Shown here piece by piece: positions 1-8,258 of a stretch of 34,750 nucleotides of DNA (position 1 is its first letter; each line of letters begins with the position of its first letter). Under the pieces are notes generated by a model. The model saw only the letters and a list, made by a program, of their open reading frames with translations. It was not told where the DNA came from and did no database searches. The DNA comes from a virus (lineage: Duplodnaviria > Caudoviricetes): IMG/VR virus record IMGVR_UViG_3300038530_002024, positions 1-34,750 of that record. One strand, given 5' to 3'. A program made the position numbers and the translations under genes.

Positions 1-135
1 TCTCTTAAGCGCATCAACAAAATAATTATGATAAGCATGCGACTCTTCAAATAAATGAACTAACGCATAATCATAATCAGTTACTTGCATCAATCGATGC
101 ATAACACTTAAAGGTGCTTCATGGGCAATTTTCAT
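1..135 (-). CDS. Partial ORF (N-terminus, runs off window edge) in the 7-deazaguanine cluster; function unknown, candidate TGT/DpdA-like enzyme
   Basis: Not in the ORF track. ATG at 135 overlaps the TGA of 132..392 (ATGA). Reads MKIAHEAPLSVMHRLMQVTDYDYALVHLFEESHAYHNYFVDALKR with no stop. Function is inferred from context only. Confidence 0.65.
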   Translation of the reverse strand, partial: MKIAHEAPLSVMHRLMQVTDYDYALVHLFEESHAYHNYFVDALKR

Positions 136-392
136 TCAAAATACTCTTCTATTACATCTACTAGCTCTTTATAATGAGCTATTTGTTTAAATTCATCTTC
201 TATTACTTGCATAATATCAGGATGGTCTGCGACGCCTACTTGCCTTTGAAGTAAGATCTCAGCATTCATTATATGCCTTGAAACTTTAGATAGAAAATAA
301 TTTTTACTATGTTGTAATAAATCATCTCTAAAGCTAGTTCTTAAATCAGTGGCAGTTACATTTACGTCTGATATATCGTTATTTGCTTTCAT
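132..392 (-). CDS. Small hypothetical phage protein
   Basis: 86 aa ORF coupled to folE (1-nt overlap) and to the next ORF; predicted helical, with a VGVADHPDIM segment. Confidence 0.75.
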   Translation of the reverse strand: MKANNDISDVNVTATDLRTSFRDDLLQHSKNYFLSKVSRHIMNAEILLQRQVGVADHPDIMQVIEDEFKQIAHYKELVDVIEEYFE

Positions 393-1117
393 TAGCCTTT
401 TCCTCCAGCATATTGCTGTTGTAGCATAATGTCATCGAAGAACTCCTTCTTAACATCTGCATCGTTAAATCTACCTTTCAATACAGTAGTCTGAGTTAGA
501 GAAGAATGAGCCATAATACCTCTATTCTCGCAACACCCATGAACTGCATGAATATACACAGCTAGATCTTCCGTGTCAGTTGCTTCTTGCAACTCTCTTA
601 CAATCTCATTACAGAGTTGTTCTTGTAAAGTACCTCTACGGGCAACCCATTGCGCTATTCTGGTATATTTAGATAATCCAATCACCATCTTATTAGGAAT
701 AATTCCAATATAAGCTATACCTACAACAGGCTGATGATGATGCGAACACATAGATCTTAGTTCAGATCTAACTACAAGCATACCATCATACTTATCATCA
801 CCTTCATTAGGGAAAGCAGTAGCAGCAGGCTTTTCAAAATACCTACCTCTCATTAGCTCGTTTATATACATCTTAGCTAACCGTTTAGGAGTACCCATAG
901 CATTAGGATCATTTTTCCAATCAATTAATAATCTATGTAATACTTCTTCGAAAGCTTCAGCTACTTCTTCTATAAGTTTTTCTCTTCCACTTTCGGTTAA
1001 TACTTCAGCTATATTATCATTAGACCAGGCTCTTAGACCTTTCTCTTTTATTGCTTTCCAATATAGCTCATGTACTTTTTGATCATTCATATACGTATTA
1101 TACTTGCTTTTACTCAC
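392..1117 (-). CDS. folE: GTP cyclohydrolase I (type 1)
   Basis: Motifs TPKRLAKMY, SMCSHHH (Zn Cys/His), GLSKYTRI, LQEQL, HGCCENRG. Confidence 0.96.
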   Translation of the reverse strand: MSKSKYNTYMNDQKVHELYWKAIKEKGLRAWSNDNIAEVLTESGREKLIEEVAEAFEEVLHRLLIDWKNDPNAMGTPKRLAKMYINELMRGRYFEKPAATAFPNEGDDKYDGMLVVRSELRSMCSHHHQPVVGIAYIGIIPNKMVIGLSKYTRIAQWVARRGTLQEQLCNEIVRELQEATDTEDLAVYIHAVHGCCENRGIMAHSSLTQTTVLKGRFNDADVKKEFFDDIMLQQQYAGGKG

Positions 1118-1569
1118 TAGTTCAAGTCCCTTTTAAAAATAGCACTATTAGCTCCATGCTCTCTTACTTCAACACTTACACAGTAGCACCTATTGTCAGT
1201 TTTTTCTCTAACAATTTTATCTGCTTCATGAAAAGCATGCTCTGCAAACTTCTCACACCCTACACCTTCCATGATTACTATATCAATTAATCCCATCTTA
1301 TCTAGATCACAAAAAGTATCTATAGCTGGATCATCAACATCAACAGCAGTCTTATGGTCAAAGTTATCCTTTAACCATTGCTTTAGTTCACCTAAGTCAC
1401 CAAAGTCAACAGCCCAATTTTTATCATCTAATTCACTAGCTGCAAAAGTGAAGGTAAATGCTAATGCATATCCATGAATCAAACTACAATGACTATGAGT
1501 AGCGCCAGGCTGCCTAAACGCACAAGATAACCCTGCCTCATGTCCATACGTTTTAGTACTATAAAACAT
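1117..1569 (-). CDS. queD: 6-carboxytetrahydropterin synthase (QueD/PTPS family)
   Basis: CSLIHGY, VDFGDL, FDHK, CEKFA and VEVREHGANSA motifs; lies between folE and queE. Confidence 0.9.
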   Translation of the reverse strand: MFYSTKTYGHEAGLSCAFRQPGATHSHCSLIHGYALAFTFTFAASELDDKNWAVDFGDLGELKQWLKDNFDHKTAVDVDDPAIDTFCDLDKMGLIDIVIMEGVGCEKFAEHAFHEADKIVREKTDNRCYCVSVEVREHGANSAIFKRDLN

Positions 1570-2050
1570 CGTTACTCTCCCACCAAAATTTAACCCATCT
1601 CTTTTCTTCTTTTCTATCTATAGTCTTATGAAAAAAGTCAGGCATAGTTTCTTGGTCTGTATTTAAAATTAAACATGCTATAGATAGATTTTGTTCTGGA
1701 AAGTTACCCCATGTATCGATAACTTGTCTTATTGTCTCTCCGGAGTCTATTATATCATCAACAAGTAATATTTTTTGTCCGTTATTCATATCCTCTGCTA
1801 CTATTTCGTTATATTCTTTTTCAGCAAAGTCTCTTGTTGACCAGGTTATAGTTGTTATAGGTACTTCTAGTATATAAGATAATCTAGTTGCTAAAGGTAA
1901 CCCACCTCTAACTAACCCTACTATTCTACTGTATTCAGTTCCAGTAGCTCTAATATTATTCACGATTTGTTTAACACCAGCTTCAAATTCGCTGTGTGTA
2001 TAATTAATTTCTTTTTTCTTCCACATTATTTGGATCCACGTTTTCATCAC
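1559..2050 (-). CDS. Type I phosphoribosyltransferase (xanthine/guanine PRTase-like); start may be 2047 or 2026
   Basis: VGLVRGGLPLA loop, PRPP-binding motif LLVDDIIDSGET, C-terminal WVKFWWE as in Gpt-like enzymes. Confidence 0.88.
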   Translation of the reverse strand: MMKTWIQIMWKKKEINYTHSEFEAGVKQIVNNIRATGTEYSRIVGLVRGGLPLATRLSYILEVPITTITWSTRDFAEKEYNEIVAEDMNNGQKILLVDDIIDSGETIRQVIDTWGNFPEQNLSIACLILNTDQETMPDFFHKTIDRKEEKRWVKFWWESNDVL

Positions 2051-2579
2051 AGTACCAAGTTACTAAAACAGTTCTATAACCTTTTAGTACTTTACTAACA
2101 CTATGCTTTAAATTATGAGCATATTCAATAGTCTCTCCGACTTGTTGCTTAACTATAACAGGAGTAATTGTATCTCCTTCTCTATAAGATTTTAGGTCGT
2201 ATCTATTGATAGTATTATCATTAACTTCCATATCTCTTTTATAGTGAGGCTCATATACTATTATATCTCCACCTTCTAAATCATCTGATTTATCTATTAG
2301 AGTAATAGCTGTCTTTTTAACTAAATTGTTATCATCACAATGAGCTCTAGCAAAAGCTCCAGGAGTATATCTTAGATAATATTGAGAGAATATTTTTAAA
2401 CCATCGTGATGTAATTCTTTTTCTATCCAGTCAAAAGTATTCGGATGAATAGTCTCTGTATAGAATAGATTATAATATATTTTAACATTCTTTAGCAACC
2501 TTTGATTGCTATTCCAAACTTTATTAGCTTTATCTAATATATGAGAGTGATCTACTCTATTATAGTGCTTAGACTCCAA
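2004..2579 (-). CDS. 2OG-Fe(II) dioxygenase superfamily protein
   Basis: Y-x-PG...H-C-D, LEGGD, and distal H-S-V-x-x-V-x-x-G-x-R-x-x-L-V-x-W give the HxD...H triad plus the 2OG-binding Arg. TTG start overlaps the end of queE. Confidence 0.8.
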   Translation of the reverse strand: MESKHYNRVDHSHILDKANKVWNSNQRLLKNVKIYYNLFYTETIHPNTFDWIEKELHHDGLKIFSQYYLRYTPGAFARAHCDDNNLVKKTAITLIDKSDDLEGGDIIVYEPHYKRDMEVNDNTINRYDLKSYREGDTITPVIVKQQVGETIEYAHNLKHSVSKVLKGYRTVLVTWYCDENVDPNNVEEKRN

Positions 2580-3456
2580 TTAGATTACCCCATAAGTAAG
2601 TATGAACTCTTGCAGCTACACTATAACCTCTTTTAAAGGCTTCTGCAGCAACATCACCATCGACTAGCTTCTGACCTTCTACAGTAGCTCCTACAGGCAT
2701 TATCCATATAGGCCAATCTACTCCATGATATCTAAATTTTTCTATAGTATCTTCTAACTCTTCCCAAGTTTCAGGTTTACCGTCTACAACAAACTTAAGC
2801 TGACCCTTATTAGTCATTTGCGCATAGGTAGCTACTACCTCAGGTCTTATAGCTCTTTTAGTAGTTTCACCAGATACATTATGTAATTTAGGACTACAAG
2901 ATATAAATAACTCACTACCCCATACATCTCTATACTCTTGCCAGAACTCAATAAACTCTGGTCTTAGAGTTTGAGTACCATTAGTCTCATAAGTTACATA
3001 TCTAGGATAGTCTCTTTCTTCTATCCAATACTTCATCATATTCATGCTACATATCTGCGCATGCTTCATTAAAGGTTCACCACCAGTAAAGCACATATGT
3101 CTATCACCCCAGGCGCCTTTATTCCATTTATTAGTAAATTCTTTTCTTACTCTATTAGCTATTTGCTCTGCTGTACCTTTATGCTGTAAGTGTTTAAACT
3201 TCTTAGACCATGAATAAGAACTATCACATCCGTATTCCCATACAGGTAGTTCTTCCATACGATTAACTTCTATAAGATCAAAGTCTTTATAAGGAAGTTT
3301 ATAAGTAGAAGGGTCAGTAGGATCGTCTTGACCAAATCCATTGCACTGCAAGTTACATAAAAAGAATCTTAACCATGCAGTAGGTCGTCCAGTATAGTGA
3401 CCTTCTCCTTGAATAGAGTCAAATATCTCAGAATAAGCATATGTCATCTCGCTCAT
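2569..3456 (-). CDS. queE: 7-carboxy-7-deazaguanine synthase (radical SAM)
   Basis: SEIFDSIQGEG..TG.P..WLR, CNLQC...GCDS, FTGGEPL, ETNGT, SCSPKL, LKFVV, RVH motifs. Confidence 0.93.
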   Translation of the reverse strand: MSEMTYAYSEIFDSIQGEGHYTGRPTAWLRFFLCNLQCNGFGQDDPTDPSTYKLPYKDFDLIEVNRMEELPVWEYGCDSSYSWSKKFKHLQHKGTAEQIANRVRKEFTNKWNKGAWGDRHMCFTGGEPLMKHAQICSMNMMKYWIEERDYPRYVTYETNGTQTLRPEFIEFWQEYRDVWGSELFISCSPKLHNVSGETTKRAIRPEVVATYAQMTNKGQLKFVVDGKPETWEELEDTIEKFRYHGVDWPIWIMPVGATVEGQKLVDGDVAAEAFKRGYSVAARVHTYLWGNLIGV

Positions 3457-3989
3457 ATTTCCTCTTTAAGTTGCTTTACCCATGCCATTATTCTTAACGG
3501 TGAATGAGTAGGTTCGTTATCTTCGTCTATAGGTAACCCATAAAAGGTATTTTCATCTTTAAGTCCAGTGGACTTCTCAAACTTATATCCTTCTGTTGAG
3601 GTTAAACCTATTAACCTTCCACCATTTTTTAAAACAACTTCCGCTAACATACCTAAACCATCTACAAAATTATCACCATAACCTACTTGATCACCTAACC
3701 CATATAGAGCTACAGTTTGATCGGTAAAATCTATCTTACTAAATCTTTCATAAGATTCGTTCCAATCATCAGAATATTCGCCATAAGTATCTAATCTTGG
3801 CTCACACCAAGTAGGAGTTCCAAGTATAAGTAAATCAGCTCTCCAATCTTCTGGACCAGCTTCATCTACTTTTACTAGGGAATGAGTTTTAGGTTTGAAA
3901 TGAGTTATTATATCTTCACCGATAGCTTTAGTAAAGCCAGTTTCGGTTCCATATATTAACTTTAAGTTTATCTCGGAATTGAGATCCAT
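3453..3989 (-). CDS. Long-chain flavodoxin
   Basis: YGTETGFT phosphate-binding loop, LGTPTW, VALYGLGDQ.GY.DNFVDGLG, GLPIDEDNE, RI..WV.QL. RBS AGGAG upstream. Confidence 0.93.
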   Translation of the reverse strand: MDLNSEINLKLIYGTETGFTKAIGEDIITHFKPKTHSLVKVDEAGPEDWRADLLILGTPTWCEPRLDTYGEYSDDWNESYERFSKIDFTDQTVALYGLGDQVGYGDNFVDGLGMLAEVVLKNGGRLIGLTSTEGYKFEKSTGLKDENTFYGLPIDEDNEPTHSPLRIMAWVKQLKEEI

Positions 3990-4011
3990 ATCTGCTCCTA
4001 GTTATTTTTTT

Positions 4012-4042
4012 AACGTGGAAGGGCACGTTGGTATTATTTAGC
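4012..4042 (-). promoter_or_regulatory. Late-promoter-like GCTAAATA followed by a 6-bp hairpin, upstream of flavodoxin
   Basis: Minus-strand GCTAAATA at 4035-4042; stem AACGTG/CACGTT at 4012-4029 with a 6-nt loop; followed by an A-tract rather than a U-tract. Confidence 0.4.
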
Positions 4043-4555
4043 TAACTTAGCTGCCTTCTTGAGTAATCTAGTCATTTTAGTCCATTTCTTTTTGAACCTT
4101 TCTTGATGAATAGGGTGTGCTCTTTTAAAATACTCTATACCATCTAAATGATCTATCTCGTGTTGAACGCATCTGGCTGCAAGTCCAGAATATCTTTTTG
4201 TGCATATTGTACCATGTAAGTTTTTATATCTTACTCTAATATCTTTCGGTCTTTTTATTTTTACATATACACCTGGATACGATAAGCAACCTTCATCCAT
4301 CAATACTTCTTCATCACTAGCAAATGTAATAACAGGGTTAAAAAGAACCTCAGGTGGTTCAGTATGAATAGCAAAAGCTCTCGTAGCTATACCTAATTGA
4401 TTAGCAGCAAGACCAACTCCTTTTTCATCTTTCATAGTATTGATAAGCGTCTTATTTAGATCTGTTGCATCCATTATTGGATCAGCAAAATTAAACTCAG
4501 GCATTTTCTGCCTTAGCATATCATTATTATCACCTATTGGAATCACTCTTTTCAT
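4034..4555 (-). CDS. def: Peptide deformylase
   Basis: All three PDF motifs: GVGLAANQLG, EGCLS, QHEIDHLDG. Confidence 0.96.
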   Translation of the reverse strand: MKRVIPIGDNNDMLRQKMPEFNFADPIMDATDLNKTLINTMKDEKGVGLAANQLGIATRAFAIHTEPPEVLFNPVITFASDEEVLMDEGCLSYPGVYVKIKRPKDIRVRYKNLHGTICTKRYSGLAARCVQHEIDHLDGIEYFKRAHPIHQERFKKKWTKMTRLLKKAAKLAK

Positions 4556-6270
4556 TAACTAGCCATTCTAGAGAAAGATTTAACCTTCTCAAATTTTATT
4601 ACATTATGAAACTTATCGATGAGAGTATCACCTTTATGACTTATTATATATACATTAGTATCGGAAGTCAACTCTCTTAGTATTTTTAAGAACTCATCAG
4701 TACCGGCTGAGTCAAGAGACGAGTCAAATACTTCATCCATTATTAGTAAGTTAGTCGAAGCAGAGTTTCTAATCTTGGATATACTTCTCCAAGTAAATAG
4801 TAACGCTAGATCTATTCTCATTTTTTCTCCTTCAGAGAAAGAAGCGTAGCTAAAGTCATCTCTAAATCTAGATCTAATAGTTTCTGTAAAGTTCTCATCT
4901 AACTCAAACTGAACAAAGAAGTCCATAGCAGCAAGATACTTATTAATTAGTTTATTCATTATGGGTACATACTGCTTTATAATTTTAGACTTTATACCTG
5001 TATCCATTAATATAGTAGATGCAACTGATAAAGTATTCTTATCGTTCACTGCTACTACTTTACTTCTATTCGTAGTTTCTAAATCATTAGTAAACTTATC
5101 TAATCGTTTTTGTTCTTTTAATCTAGAACCTTTTGAGTCATTTAAAGAGTTATTCTCTTCTAATAACTTATTATTAGCATCAGACAATGTACTAACAGCA
5201 AACTGATTCTGTTGTATATCATTCTGCACTGTAATAATTTTTTGCTGTATCTCAGCTATTTCTTCTAAACGTTTCTCAGCTTGATTAAGTTCATCTTGTA
5301 GCTTCTCAATACCATCATTTAACTCTACTATCTTTTCGTTATGATTACATACAGTCTGTTCTTTAAACTCAGAGTCTATGTCTTGATGACATACAGGACA
5401 CTCTTCGTTGCTTTCATAGAAATCTAATTGAGTTTGTAAATCTAGTATCTTTCCGTTTAGTTTAATTCTTAGTTCTTTTAGTTTTTCATATCTAGATTTA
5501 ACGGTTTTATTATCATTTATAGCTTTACCTAGACTATCGAGATCATCGTTAGAAACACTTATTGTCCCTTGGAGAGCTTTGATCTCCGCGTTATTTTTAG
5601 TAACAATAGATAAGTTATTAGCTATCCTTTCTTTATTGTCAGCTTCAAGCTGATTAAGGTGCTCTTGAGTTAAATTTATCTTCTCTTCTAATAAATGTAG
5701 GTTATGTTCTATATCGCCAAGCTCTTTAGCATTAGCATTTACTTTCTCTTTTAGTAGAGTTTTCATTACAGAAAATATCTGTAAGTCTAATAAGTCTTCT
5801 ATAACCTCTCTTCTATTCATAGAGTTAAGCTGCATGAAAGGTATGAAAGAAGTAGAACCTAATACTACTACTTGGCTGAAAGCCTTATGAGTTAGCTTCA
5901 ATATATGCTTTTCTAAATGCTCTTGATAATCTCTTGCATTAGCATCTTGGTTCATCATCTTACCATTCTGCCATATTTCAAATATATTAGGTTTAGAGCC
6001 TCTTATTATTTTATAAGTATGCTTACCTTTCTTAAATATTAATTCAACTCTCATATCTTTTTTATTGATAGAGTTAATTAATTGACCTTTAGATACTTTT
6101 CTAAAAGGTTTTCCATACAATGCAAATGATAGAGCGTCTAAGAAAGTAGACTTACCAGCTCCATTATCGCCTATTACTAACGTAGAAGGATTTCTATCTA
6201 ACTCTATTTCAGTATATGCGTTTCCAGTAGATAAAAAATTCTTCCACTTAAGAGTTTTAAACTTAATCAA
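4555..6270 (-). CDS. gp46: Recombination endonuclease ATPase subunit (Rad50/SbcC-like)
   Basis: Walker A GDNGAGKS, coiled coil with CPVC zinc hook, signature FSEGEK, Walker B LLIMDEVFDSSLD, ISH. Confidence 0.97.
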   Translation of the reverse strand: MIKFKTLKWKNFLSTGNAYTEIELDRNPSTLVIGDNGAGKSTFLDALSFALYGKPFRKVSKGQLINSINKKDMRVELIFKKGKHTYKIIRGSKPNIFEIWQNGKMMNQDANARDYQEHLEKHILKLTHKAFSQVVVLGSTSFIPFMQLNSMNRREVIEDLLDLQIFSVMKTLLKEKVNANAKELGDIEHNLHLLEEKINLTQEHLNQLEADNKERIANNLSIVTKNNAEIKALQGTISVSNDDLDSLGKAINDNKTVKSRYEKLKELRIKLNGKILDLQTQLDFYESNEECPVCHQDIDSEFKEQTVCNHNEKIVELNDGIEKLQDELNQAEKRLEEIAEIQQKIITVQNDIQQNQFAVSTLSDANNKLLEENNSLNDSKGSRLKEQKRLDKFTNDLETTNRSKVVAVNDKNTLSVASTILMDTGIKSKIIKQYVPIMNKLINKYLAAMDFFVQFELDENFTETIRSRFRDDFSYASFSEGEKMRIDLALLFTWRSISKIRNSASTNLLIMDEVFDSSLDSAGTDEFLKILRELTSDTNVYIISHKGDTLIDKFHNVIKFEKVKSFSRMAS

Positions 6271-7315
6271 TTGTTAATGCCTCAGAATATAAATCATTAA
6301 TTACTTTAGATACTTCTTCTTTATTAGCTACTAGCTCCATACTTTCAATATACTTATTAAGTATGGTAAGAGTATCTTCTGCTTCATCTAGTATATCATC
6401 TTCATCTTCTAAATCTAAGTTAAGATGATCTTCTACTATTTGTAAATGTATAGGTTCTTTACGCTCAAGTCGTTCAATAAACATATCGAACCAATAAGGA
6501 TTAGTTTTATTTTTTACTATAACTTTTATAAAGGTATTTTGATATTGATCTAGATCTTGATCAATGATATCGGTAACTATAGCATCTTCGTCATTATACC
6601 ATATTTTTTTAAACATAGTATTAGGGTTCTCTATAAATTCTAATTCCCTAGTATCAGTATCATAGATATGAAACCCTTTCGGGTCTTCTGCATCTGACCA
6701 AGTCATCTCATAAGGAGTACCAAGATAGTTAACGTTACCTTGAGTAGATCTAGTATGATAATGACCAGTACAAACAAGATCAAACTTCTGTAGCCAATCA
6801 TCTTTCATTCCATGATACATAGCTTGACCTTTATACATCTGATAACCTTGAAGCTCTAGATGACCAAATAGTACTTGACACTTAGTTTCTTCTACTAACT
6901 TAAAGCACTCTTCTCTATTATCATCACAGATCCAAGGAAGCATTAATATACCATTCCATTCTGTAGGCTTAGAGTAAGCTGTTATATTTACAAACTCTTT
7001 AGTAAGTAAATCTACTGAATTTATTTCTATAGTATTCTTAAAGTAAGCATCATGATTACCTACTAGTACGTGAAAGTTTATATTCCTATCATATAAAGGT
7101 TGAAAGAACATCTCTTTAGATCTATCAAGCGTTCTAAAGTTAATAAACTTTCTTCTATCAAACGTATCACCAAGATGGGCTACTGTAGTTATCTTATGTT
7201 CATCTAAGTAGGGAAAGAAAACTTCCTTATAGAACTTTTCTTGGAAGTCAGTCACACGTTGATTATCATTCCTGACACCAAAGTGGGTGTCAGTTATTAA
7301 AGCAATTTTACTCAT
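6263..7315 (-). CDS. gp47: Recombination endonuclease nuclease subunit (Mre11/SbcD-like)
   Basis: Phosphoesterase motifs DTHFG, LGDTFD, GNHD, GHLE, GHYH; adjacent to gp46. Confidence 0.97.
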   Translation of the reverse strand: MSKIALITDTHFGVRNDNQRVTDFQEKFYKEVFFPYLDEHKITTVAHLGDTFDRRKFINFRTLDRSKEMFFQPLYDRNINFHVLVGNHDAYFKNTIEINSVDLLTKEFVNITAYSKPTEWNGILMLPWICDDNREECFKLVEETKCQVLFGHLELQGYQMYKGQAMYHGMKDDWLQKFDLVCTGHYHTRSTQGNVNYLGTPYEMTWSDAEDPKGFHIYDTDTRELEFIENPNTMFKKIWYNDEDAIVTDIIDQDLDQYQNTFIKVIVKNKTNPYWFDMFIERLERKEPIHLQIVEDHLNLDLEDEDDILDEAEDTLTILNKYIESMELVANKEEVSKVINDLYSEALTID

Positions 7316-7859
7316 TCTCTATAAACTTGTCTAGACCTTTCTGTCTTTTCTTTTCTTCTCGTCTTTGTTTTCTCTTATCGATTTTTTCTTCGAAGTTTTG
7401 CACAAAAGATTTCATATAGTCTGTCTCAAGATTAACTTTAACTGCTCCTGTACCAGAAGCATTATCATGATGATCAGCCATCTCGTCCATGATCATATGA
7501 TTCTCTAGTGTCTTATGTTTGATATATAACTGTCGCTTTTCTCTATCTATTCTTCTAAGAAAAGCATAGTATATTATTTGAGTGAAATAAGCAAAAGGAT
7601 TTTTACTCTTTTCAGGATCGAAATTATTAAGATAGTTTATACAATTTTCTATTCCATCACCTACCATCTCTTCTCTAAACATATAGTTAGCAAAGTTAGG
7701 TTTATAGGATAGTCTATTAGCTATCTGTAATAAACATTCACCAACATATTCAGGAATAGGTGGTGGTGTCTTTTTCTTTTTTTCCGCTTCTAAGCGGGCG
7801 AATTTATAGTCCAATAGGACTTGGTACAACTGTTTGTTGTCAACGTAGTGCTTACCCAT
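7308..7859 (-). CDS. gp55: Late-transcription sigma factor
   Basis: HYVDNK, LSYKPNFANY..REEM.GDGIENC, NFDPEKSKNPFAYFTQI.YYAFLRRI..EKRQ. Confidence 0.97.
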   Translation of the reverse strand: MGKHYVDNKQLYQVLLDYKFARLEAEKKKKTPPPIPEYVGECLLQIANRLSYKPNFANYMFREEMVGDGIENCINYLNNFDPEKSKNPFAYFTQIIYYAFLRRIDREKRQLYIKHKTLENHMIMDEMADHHDNASGTGAVKVNLETDYMKSFVQNFEEKIDKRKQRREEKKRQKGLDKFIENE

Positions 7860-8258
7860 TTAGTGTATCTCATTATTTGCTATCGCCTGACGTTGTAGTA
7901 ATGCTTCAAGCAAATCTACATCTTCTTGTTTGACTTCTTCTAAACTTGACTTAATATTTTTTCTATTATCTCTAGCATTAAACCAATCTGTTATATATTG
8001 CATATATTGTTTCTCTAAAAAAACATCCAAGTCGTCATGCGTACTTAAAACGTGCTCTTTATATATTTCTGTTAATATAGGAGTAGAAGAAGAAAAAGGT
8101 GAATACATTCCTTTAATATGATAATGCTGTTCTGCTGCGCTAATATGAGGCTTTACACCTATCTCAACTGCATTCTCAATAACAAGCGATACTTCATCTT
8201 CATGAGTAATTTGACCTATTATTATTGTGTTGTTTATTAGCTTTATAAAGTTAAACAT
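7860..8258 (-). CDS. Hypothetical protein between uvsW and gp55
   Basis: 132 aa ORF abutting both neighbours; beta-rich IKL...IIG N-terminus. Confidence 0.75.
   Translation of the reverse strand: MFNFIKLINNTIIIGQITHEDEVSLVIENAVEIGVKPHISAAEQHYHIKGMYSPFSSSTPILTEIYKEHVLSTHDDLDVFLEKQYMQYITDWFNARDNRKNIKSSLEEVKQEDVDLLEALLQRQAIANNEIH

Noticed and set aside
7801-7835. AAACAG-TTGTAC-17 nt-TAAATT promoter-like string inside the 5' end of gp55
   Set aside because: It coincides with the protein segment DNKQLY and both boxes are weak; it cannot be distinguished from chance.
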